Below are positions 37,436 through 45,005 of a stretch of DNA of 64,000 nt, piece after piece (position 1 is the first letter of the stretch; each line of letters starts with the position of its first letter). The stretch covers positions 3,646-67,645 of the forward strand of contig JAFGLD010000036.1 in NCBI GenBank assembly GCA_016928235.1, written 5' to 3'. The DNA comes from Anaerolineae bacterium. GTDB lineage: Bacteria > Chloroflexota > Anaerolineae > Aggregatilineales > UBA3940. The notes beneath the pieces were generated by a model, which was given only the letters and a program-made list of their open reading frames with translations, made no database searches and was not told the origin of the DNA. Position numbers and translations under genes: made by a program.

Positions 37436-38071
37436 ATGATGTCATTAAACATGGAAGTCTCAACTACGAAGTTGAGCAAGTTACAGTTGTCCCTGGGGTT
37501 CCAGGATATCACCTGGGTTTCGGGGCAGGTTTTCTTGTTCCGCGACTTTGTTAAGCTTGCCGACGAGCAAGGACTGGATGCTGTCTTTGCTACGTGTCCC
37601 TATGGCGATCTGGACGAAGGGCAGCGAGGTACTTTTGCGGCATGTTTCCAAAACCCGCGTCTGCGCCGGATCGTGTCACAGTGGTGGGAGGTCTACGATG
37701 ATGAGCGCGCAACAGGCAACATCCCCTCAGTAGGCGGCTTTTGGGGACCTCGTACGCCCCCATCGGAAGATCATGAATCTAAGCCTTCGTCCAGGTTGGG
37801 TGGATATCATGATATCATCCGCCTGGCAGGATTGGTCTTTTTGCGGCGTGGCTTTGTGAAGAATGTGGATGCAGATGGGTTGGAGGCCACAATTGCATAT
37901 GAAAGTGCCTATGGTGATCTGGACGAAGGGCAGCAAAGGACTTTTGCGGCGTGTTTCCACAATCCGCGCTTGCGCCAGATCGTGTCACAGTGGTGGAAGG
38001 TTTATGACGAGGAACGTAGTCATAGGTTGATCCCGCGGGCGACAGTTGAGGGCATATTTTGGGATGTCTAA
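37436..38071 (+). CDS. hypothetical protein made of two tandem ~100-aa repeats
   Basis: YGDLDEGQRGTFAACFQNPRLRRIVSQWWEVYDDER and YGDLDEGQQRTFAACFHNPRLRQIVSQWWKVYDEER lie 103 codons apart. An AAGGAGA RBS precedes the ATG. Confidence 0.6.
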   Translation: MMSLNMEVSTTKLSKLQLSLGFQDITWVSGQVFLFRDFVKLADEQGLDAVFATCPYGDLDEGQRGTFAACFQNPRLRRIVSQWWEVYDDERATGNIPSVGGFWGPRTPPSEDHESKPSSRLGGYHDIIRLAGLVFLRRGFVKNVDADGLEATIAYESAYGDLDEGQQRTFAACFHNPRLRQIVSQWWKVYDEERSHRLIPRATVEGIFWDV

Positions 38072-38096
38072 CATCCGTTAGTACTCGCATCTTTCT

Positions 38097-38131
38097 AAAT
38101 CCTTCCCTCCTTGGGGAGGATTTGTGTTTTA
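38097..38131 (+). terminator. intrinsic terminator candidate
   Basis: AAATCCTTCCC-TCCTT-GGGGAGGATTT (11 bp, one G-U) followed by GTGTTTTA. Confidence 0.5.
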
Positions 38132-38427
38132 TGCCCTGGAGGATGAGGTTGCTCCCGCAAGTAGATTTTGTATTAGACTTTATCCTGAGGCTTATTCGCG
38201 TGTGTTTTGATTCCGTTGAGCGGATTTGGCCTTTGTGAAATTTTTCGTAGAGGAGCGTGTGCTCATATGAGAAAGGGCAAAGCGTTAAACAGGATCGAGC
38301 AGACATCCGTTGTGTGCGATCTCCAAACTGGCCAACGCATATCTTCCAGCTATATTCGCCTGAACGATTACGAAAACAGAGCCTGCCGGGGTTTCCGGCA
38401 GGCTCTGCTGTGAGGCGTCGATGCGCG

Positions 38428-40221
38428 TCAGCCGGCGGGAGCTTCCGCCGTTCCGGTTTCCCGGATTTCTTCTGCCTGTGTTTCCTCTTCGACCTTCGCG
38501 GAGCCGTCCGGGCCGCAGAGGGCGAGCCGCTCCAGGTAGACAACCTGGTAGATGCCAAAAGCGACCAGGAAGAACAGGAAGGTCGGGATGACAAACAGGC
38601 TGAGTGCCTGGCCGATTGTAGCAGGCGTCATTGCATACTGGATGGCCAATTGTGTTAATGCTACCGGCATAGTCCACGTATCAGGAGAGCTTGTCATAAC
38701 AAGCGGCCAATGGAATCGCTGCATTCTCACCAGGACGGCAGCCAGCGCCAGCAGCAGTGTCAGCGGCAGCGACGGCAGAATCACTTTTTTGAAGAAAGCG
38801 CCTAACGGTGATTGGCCTTCTGCTATGGCTTTCCGGTAGGGCTTCTCGCATCCTTTGAAGAGTAGCGTCAATATGAACAGGATCGGTATGCTGATCCAGG
38901 ATGGCTCGACCACTGCTGCTGACGTATTGATCATCTCTGCCGCTCTCAGCCTCTCAAAGAAGCTGATCATCAACGGGCCGGTTGTCATGAACAACCAGGG
39001 ACTAAACAACAAGAGCAGCCATTCACTGCGTTTACCGAGCGGTCGCAGCCCTCCAATCCCAACCGCCGCCAGATAGGTCACCGGAATTTGGAACAGCAGC
39101 ACAGCCAGCGCGGACAAGATGACCGTGTTGGAGAGAAAAGCAGTCCCCAGCGCTTCAGCGATTTGCGGTCCTCCATCGCCGATGCCCATTCCTTCCGGAA
39201 AGATGCCGGGCTTCAGCGTACTGCCCGCGATTCCGGCCGGAATGACACCGGCACTCACCAAACAGCCTGTCATCCCGAATAGTAAGGCCAGGGCCAATAT
39301 CAGGCCAAAGACGGGTTTCGAGCCACCGGGGGAGGATGTTGTAGGAGAGACATGTTCTAATTGCAAACCGGCTAACACTACGATCAGGCCGGCGGCCAGC
39401 CCCAATACCAGTATGACCAGCAAGGGAGGGACCATGCTTGCCGCGCCGTAGCCGAACATGAATTTGTTAAACGCTGTTCCAAATTGAAACAGCGCCAGCG
39501 TCAGCGTTTTGTTGATAGGGCCGCCCTTTGTCAATATGTAACTCCAATCGAAAGCCTGGAGTGTTAGCGCAACTGTTGCCAACAGACTGATAGTCCAGAC
39601 AGTCAGCAACGGTCGACGTGCCTGCTTGAAGGTGAGTGGGGCATCGCCCTGTCCTCGTAGGGCCGCCAGATAGATAATCAGCCCCAGTCCCAGCGCCAAA
39701 CTGAGCACAAATAATCCGTCAATGACCAGCAGCGTTGGTCGCATTGTGGCAGGGTTATGCAATATCCCTTCCCCCCGCATAAAGCGGGCGGCGGGGTTGT
39801 TGATGGCTAATTCCCATGACAGCGCGAGCGCGACAGGTGTATAAAGCGCCAGCGGAACGGTGAACGCCAACCGCACCGGGATACGAACCGCGCGCCCAAA
39901 GGCATTGACGCCCAGCGCCAGGAGCACCGGCAAAATAGCGACGATCAGCAGCCGCACGATGATCATCATGATGGTGAAGTTCAGCGCCTGGCCAAATACT
40001 TTGTCGCTGAACAAATGGGTGTAGTTCTCGAACCCAATAAACTCGCCCTGGCCGAAGCCTTTCCAATCCAGCAAGCTGGTGTTGAGGGTCGAGACGGTTG
40101 GTATCACCATGCCGGTGATAAGGCAGATGAGTGCCGGAAACATCAGGCCCAGGCCCAATAGAAGTCGGAGAACGAGATTATCAGTTGACGGATTATCAGG
40201 TGTGGCTGCTTCCTGGCTCAT
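38428..40221 (-). CDS. fused MalF-like + MalG-like ABC transporter permease (orphan)
   Basis: 597 aa with about 12 hydrophobic helices. The first half ends ILTKGGPINKTLTLALFQFGTAFNKFMFGYGAA (sugar-permease tail). The second half has the EAA-loop-like AIAEGQSPLGAFFKKVILPSLPL. No ATPase or binding-protein gene is nearby. Confidence 0.65.
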   Translation of the reverse strand: MSQEAATPDNPSTDNLVLRLLLGLGLMFPALICLITGMVIPTVSTLNTSLLDWKGFGQGEFIGFENYTHLFSDKVFGQALNFTIMMIIVRLLIVAILPVLLALGVNAFGRAVRIPVRLAFTVPLALYTPVALALSWELAINNPAARFMRGEGILHNPATMRPTLLVIDGLFVLSLALGLGLIIYLAALRGQGDAPLTFKQARRPLLTVWTISLLATVALTLQAFDWSYILTKGGPINKTLTLALFQFGTAFNKFMFGYGAASMVPPLLVILVLGLAAGLIVVLAGLQLEHVSPTTSSPGGSKPVFGLILALALLFGMTGCLVSAGVIPAGIAGSTLKPGIFPEGMGIGDGGPQIAEALGTAFLSNTVILSALAVLLFQIPVTYLAAVGIGGLRPLGKRSEWLLLLFSPWLFMTTGPLMISFFERLRAAEMINTSAAVVEPSWISIPILFILTLLFKGCEKPYRKAIAEGQSPLGAFFKKVILPSLPLTLLLALAAVLVRMQRFHWPLVMTSSPDTWTMPVALTQLAIQYAMTPATIGQALSLFVIPTFLFFLVAFGIYQVVYLERLALCGPDGSAKVEEETQAEEIRETGTAEAPAG

Positions 40222-40553
40222 AAGAGTTCTTCCTCCTTAGTTGTGGCAGAAACAGAACAGGTAGCATACATGACCCGCCTGGTTTGGTCGAGCATAGCGG
40301 ATAGGTTGCAGTTCAAAAGGCCGTCTCTGAAGGCTGCTCAATCACGTCTGAGCCTCTACCCGATTCTACAGAGACAAATGTCAAGCATGTGACTGGGCCA
40401 CGCCTGGTTCGGATGCTACCATGTGCAAAACTGAACTAAGAATACCAGATTTTTGGGTGTGTTCACATTGAAATACGGTGGAAATTTGGTGGAGAAACAG
40501 AAGTAGGGTTAGGCCTGATACCCGTGAATGAAGTCATTGTTTTCCTTGAAAAA

Positions 40554-40641
40554 GTGATGAGTGACGGGTGATGGGTGATGAGTGACGAGTGATGAGTGGT
40601 GGGTGATGAGTGATGGGTGATGGGTGATGAGTGACGAGTGA
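40554..40641. repeat. heptanucleotide tandem array (12.5 units, consensus GTGATGR)
   Basis: gtgatga gtgacgg gtgatgg gtgatga gtgacga gtgatga gtggtgg gtgatga gtgatgg gtgatgg gtgatga gtgacga gtga. Inverted partial copies lie near 40900-40920 and 41070-41088. Confidence 0.9.
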
Positions 40642-41254
40642 AAATAGATGTTCATTTCCAATGGTGGTTGGTCATCGGCAGCTCCCCGTTTGGGTAAATT
40701 TTGCGTCAAAACCAATGGATGGTATTGCGATCTGAACACTCATTCACGGGTATTGGCGTTAGATCCTGTCTGAGAAGTTGTGGCAAAGACCCTAAAGGTT
40801 TCCTCAGAGGGCCAATCAGGGCGGGCCAGGGCAAGGTTCGGCAGGATGAATAGAGCCAAGCCGGGCAACAGAGCCAAGTACCCCAACTGGTACACATGCC
40901 CTTCATCACCCATCACTCAAAACTACCACCAGACAGCGCCAATAGCTGAATATTTACCATCAATCAAGCCCTACGGTTATGTGAGGAAACAGCAACAACC
41001 TCTCACTACTTTGCTGATGATTGTCCGCATTGGCCTGTTCAACCCATGATCCGGACGACTACAGCACCCATTACCCATCACTTGGAGACAACGCCAATGG
41101 CTAAATAGTTAAACTTGGCCATGCTTTTCCGGGGATTACCCCGACGGCTGTGTACCAAAGATATAACTTTTGTTAGGGGATATTCTTCGCTTTCTCTGAT
41201 ATCCTTGGTTGTGGACCTATATGTTTCATGTCTGACACCAAGGGGAAAGTGTTT

Positions 41255-41326
41255 ATGAGCATTGAACCAATTCGAGCATTGGTTGTGGACAATCATCCTG
41301 TCGTATGTCATGGATTAATCAGAGAG
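41255..41326 (+). pseudogene. N-terminal fragment of a NarL-type response regulator
   Basis: MSIEPIRALVVDNHPVVCHGLIRE matches the first ~24 aa of a receiver (compare IRVLIADDHPVVRKGL at 43525). It then runs into unrelated sequence. AAGGGGAAAG RBS upstream. Confidence 0.35.
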
Positions 41327-41509
41327 CCTGGCTCCCAACATGATATATTGCGTTGTTTTTTTTGCAACTATACCAGATCTCCGTTAAAGCACAGCCAATA
41401 CGGGCCTTTTTGCCTACCTCCCCAAAGAGGTAAAGGGTGCATTCCAAAATATGATCACAAGACATTATCACAGTTTGTACTGTCCCAAAGTTACTTGTTC
41501 AACAGGCTG

Positions 41510-41577
41510 CCAGGGGCTGTTGACATTTGCACTTAAAACCTGCACCTTAAATATACGGAAATGTCAACAGCCCCTGG
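41510..41577. promoter_or_regulatory. 19-bp perfect inverted repeat upstream of the histidine kinase gene
   Basis: CCAGGGGCTGTTGACATTT (41510-41528) and AAATGTCAACAGCCCCTGG (41559-41577), with a 30-nt spacer. Each arm contains TTGACA. Confidence 0.4.
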
Positions 41578-41788
41578 CCGTCCTCCATCATTTTTCCACG
41601 AAATTTCCATTGTGTTAAATTCTTGCGTAGCGTATGTTTCTCCGAAAAAGCGCTGGGAGGCGAATAAGGCCAGGACCTGTTTACTGAGAGACAGGATTGG
41701 TAAAGGATGTTGACCAAGCAGGCGGTGGAAGACGAGACAATGCTGTGCCGTACTGTGGGCCACACATAGGAGTTTTTGCTTGTAAGCC

Positions 41789-43528
41789 ATGACAAAAGAG
41801 AACAGATCGATAAAGCTGGGGCTCTTTGGGCTATGGGGAGCCTGGTTGATTATATTGGTATATGTCTCCGTCCTGCTCATTCTGGGCTTGCCAGGATACC
41901 ACCAACTTCTAATCAACATTGTCTCAGGGCCAATGAAGCTGCCGTTGTCTGTAGTATATTACGTGCTAGGGTGGGATCTGATCACGACTGTTCCCTTCTA
42001 CGTCATGGCTATTCTGTTATTCTGGCGCAAAATGGAGGATTACTTTGCGCTCTTTGTCTCAATGACCCTTATTGTGTATGGTGTTGGTTTTAGTTCGTAT
42101 ATCTACCGGCCTGAGCTGTATGTTGGTATCTTCACCTCACCTCTCAACATCTACATGGTGGGGATACCACAGATGCTTGGGCTCAGCCTCAGTGTATCGA
42201 CTCTCTTTCTCTTTCCGACCGGCACCTTTATGCCCCGCTGGACGCGCTGGCTGGCGATTGGATGGACAATCTGGGTAATTGGGGGGATGTTTATTCCTTC
42301 ATTCTTCCTCAACAACCTGCCATCTCCTTTGATTACATGCATAAAGTTGTGTGCTTATGTCGCCGGCATTGCGGCGCAGGTCTACCGCTATCATCACATC
42401 TCGACACCGATTGAGCGCCAGCAGACCAAATGGGTGATTTGGGGCTGCTCGATTACAGTTATTGGGTTCCTTGTTTCTGATCTTATCTGTCTGGTGGTTC
42501 CCATGGAAGCATCTTTGCTAAGCACAGTCGGCTATCTGCTCATTGTCACTCCTTGCGATCATATCCCTCGTGTTTTACTTGCGCTCTCCATCGGGCTTGC
42601 CATTCTACGTTACCATCTGTGGGACATTGATTTCTTTATCAACCGCTCGCTGGTCTATGGTGGTGTAACCCTTTTTCTGGGGGCCCTATTCGCCGGAATG
42701 TTTGCGACAATGCAGGCGTTGATGGAGATGGTGCTGACGAACATATCCGATGTCGTAACCGGAACTGTTTCCACTATGGTGGTCGTCGCTTTGTTCTTCC
42801 CAGTACGAGATCGTTTGCAGTGCCTGGTAGACAGCCGGTTCTATGGTGTTAGCCACAGACATGAGCGAGAAGTGCAGATCGCCATTGCACAGGAGCGCGA
42901 CCGTATGGCTCGGGATCTGCATGACTCGGTGACCCAATCGTTATATGGCCTGACACTGCTGGCTGAAAGCTGGCGGCGATTGGCTCAAGATGGGCGAGTT
43001 AATAACCTGGAAGAACCATTGATTGAGATTGGTGATGTTGCCCAACAGGCACTCAAGGAGATGCGCTTGCTGATCTACGAGATGCGTTCTCCAGTGTTGG
43101 AACAAGAGGGGCTACTAAGTGCCCTACACCAGCGTCTGGCTGCGGTGGAGAAGAGAGCGGGTGTAGAAGCGGAACTGTCAGCGGAAGCAATAGTTGAGAT
43201 GTCTGCCGCAATAGAAGAAACCCTTTATTTTGTGGCCACCGAAGCGCTCAACAATGCCATCAAATATGCGGAAGCATCCTCAGTTACGGTGGCTTTGCGC
43301 GCTGATGACAAATGGGTGGTAATGGAAATAACGGATAACGGCAAAGGTTATGAGCCAGGCATGGGCGGGAGCAATGGAGGAATGGGGCTGGACAGTATGC
43401 GTAGGCGGCTGGAAGGAGTAGGGGGGACACTTACCATTCACTCTGCGCCAGGCCAGGGAACAAAGGTCACGGCGAGAGTATGGTATCAAGCGGATTCTCG
43501 TAGGCAGAAGGCAAAGGTGAGGCTATGA
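41789..43528 (+). CDS. sensor histidine kinase (HisKA_3/NarL-type) with large multi-pass membrane sensor region
   Basis: About 330 aa of hydrophobic helices. H-box ERDRMARDLHDSVTQSL, N-box EALNNAIKYA, G-boxes DNGKGY and GMGLDSMRRR. Confidence 0.88.
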   Translation: MTKENRSIKLGLFGLWGAWLIILVYVSVLLILGLPGYHQLLINIVSGPMKLPLSVVYYVLGWDLITTVPFYVMAILLFWRKMEDYFALFVSMTLIVYGVGFSSYIYRPELYVGIFTSPLNIYMVGIPQMLGLSLSVSTLFLFPTGTFMPRWTRWLAIGWTIWVIGGMFIPSFFLNNLPSPLITCIKLCAYVAGIAAQVYRYHHISTPIERQQTKWVIWGCSITVIGFLVSDLICLVVPMEASLLSTVGYLLIVTPCDHIPRVLLALSIGLAILRYHLWDIDFFINRSLVYGGVTLFLGALFAGMFATMQALMEMVLTNISDVVTGTVSTMVVVALFFPVRDRLQCLVDSRFYGVSHRHEREVQIAIAQERDRMARDLHDSVTQSLYGLTLLAESWRRLAQDGRVNNLEEPLIEIGDVAQQALKEMRLLIYEMRSPVLEQEGLLSALHQRLAAVEKRAGVEAELSAEAIVEMSAAIEETLYFVATEALNNAIKYAEASSVTVALRADDKWVVMEITDNGKGYEPGMGGSNGGMGLDSMRRRLEGVGGTLTIHSAPGQGTKVTARVWYQADSRRQKAKVRL

Positions 43529-44181
43529 CAAAGATTATTCGTGTTCTAATTGCAGATGATCATCCGGTTGTACGCAAGGGGCTATCGGCTCTAATCCGCG
43601 GCGAGTCTGATATGGTAGTAGTTGGTGAGGCAGCTGATGGGAGAGAGGCTATCCAATTGGCGCAATCTCTCCAGCCCGATGTGTTGTTGCTGGATCTGGT
43701 GATGCCCCAGATGGGCGGCCTTGAGGTTATTTTACAGCTCAAGGCAGAGGAGCAGAGTGTGCACATCCTGGTCTTGACGAGCTTTGGTGAAGATGACCAG
43801 ATCTATGCGGCCATCAAAGCCGGCGCCATGGGTTATCTTCTGAAAGACGCCTCACCAGAACGGTTGCTTCAATCTATCCGGGATATCGCTCAAGGCGAAG
43901 TGTCGCTGGATCCAACCATTGCATTGAAGCTCGTAAGGGAGATTCATCATCCAGTTGAGTATCCGCCAACCGATGCATTGCTGACGGAGCGAGAGATGGA
44001 GATACTGAAGCTGATAGCGCGTGGTCTGACCAACCAGGAGATGGCTGAGAGTTTGACCATCAGCGAACGTACGGTTGCCAACCACATCAGCGGCATCTTG
44101 GGCAAACTGCATCTGGCCAATCGTACTCAGGCGGCCTTGTACGCGCTGCGACAGGGGTTGGTCAGTCTGGAGATCTCCTGA
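43525..44181 (+). CDS. NarL/LuxR family response regulator
   Basis: ATGA overlap with the kinase gene. IRVLIADDHPVV, LLLDLVMP, LTSF and LLKD receiver residues, followed by the LuxR HTH LTEREMEILKLIARGLTNQEMAESLTISERTVANHI. Confidence 0.93.
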   Translation: MTKIIRVLIADDHPVVRKGLSALIRGESDMVVVGEAADGREAIQLAQSLQPDVLLLDLVMPQMGGLEVILQLKAEEQSVHILVLTSFGEDDQIYAAIKAGAMGYLLKDASPERLLQSIRDIAQGEVSLDPTIALKLVREIHHPVEYPPTDALLTEREMEILKLIARGLTNQEMAESLTISERTVANHISGILGKLHLANRTQAALYALRQGLVSLEIS

Positions 44182-44378
44182 TGTGCACCCATGAGTGTGG
44201 CTGAATGGCACAGCCAGGCGCAAATTGTCTCCTAATATACGACTGGTAGATCGTCGGTGCCGTTCTCTCAACTGTTTACGTGTTTCGGAACAGGTCATTA
44301 TCCCCGACTGAGCTCCACCCCGAAACACCAGTCATTTCTGACCAGGCTGTCTGTGAGATTCTCACATCGTGTACGTGA

Positions 44379-44410
44379 AAAAATGACCAACTGCAGTTGG
44401 TCATTTTTGT
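44379..44410 (+). terminator. intrinsic terminator after the HK-RR operon
   Basis: Perfect palindrome AAAAATGACCAACTG/CAGTTGGTCATTTTT followed by GT. Confidence 0.8.
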
Positions 44411-44476
44411 CGATGTGCGGCTGATGCTTTTCTGTTAACCTGATGGTTGGGCACGGTGTAGAAATGGGATCAGGTA

Positions 44477-44839
44477 GTGGAGCGTGTTCGGGTTTTACTT
44501 ATTGGCCGACCGGGCCCCTTGCGAGATGGCCTATCTGTCTTGGTGCAATCCATACCCCAGATAGAAGAAATCGTTCAGGCTGATGACCTTACATCTGTAT
44601 TTCGCCTGGGAGATGAGTATCTTCCCTGCCTGGTCATACTCGCAGATGCGCGAAAGGGTATTCATCTGGGAGAGACACTCAGCCAACTGCGCAACAGGTG
44701 GCCGCAAGCCAGGCATATTGTCATGGTCGACAATGAGCGCGATTTTCTGTCGGCGGAATTAGCCGGAGCCGACAAGGTGCTTTATCAAGGCTGCCGGGCA
44801 GGTAATCTCATTGAGATCATAGGACGAGTGCTCTCGTAA
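44477..44839 (+). CDS. stand-alone degenerate receiver (pseudo-receiver) domain protein
   Basis: Collinear with a REC domain (VRVLLIGRPGPLRDGL...LVILADARKG...IVMVDN...VLYQG). The DD acidic pair is GR, the conserved T is V/D and the conserved K is Q. GTG start. Confidence 0.6.
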   Translation: MERVRVLLIGRPGPLRDGLSVLVQSIPQIEEIVQADDLTSVFRLGDEYLPCLVILADARKGIHLGETLSQLRNRWPQARHIVMVDNERDFLSAELAGADKVLYQGCRAGNLIEIIGRVLS

Positions 44840-45005
44840 TGTGTCTGTAGTCCAGTTCCTAATCTGCTCAACGACTGCCAGGATATCGTGACAAAAACCC
44901 TGTCAATTATCACCAATCATGCTGTTTATTTCTCACGAAAGATAGGCTTGATACTCAGACTGAGGTCTCAGAATGTTTAGGGTTAGCTCAGGAGGAAATA
45001 GGATC

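Noticed and set aside
37815-38594. 259-aa minus-strand Arg/Ser/Pro-rich ORF
   Set aside because: It overlaps the 3' ends of two better-supported convergent genes and the terminator between them. Its composition is not protein-like.
40509-40739. 76-aa ORF translating to HHPSLITHHSSLVTHHPSPVTHH
   Set aside because: It is produced purely by reading through the heptanucleotide array. The 7-nt period makes the frame rotate, so it is not coding.
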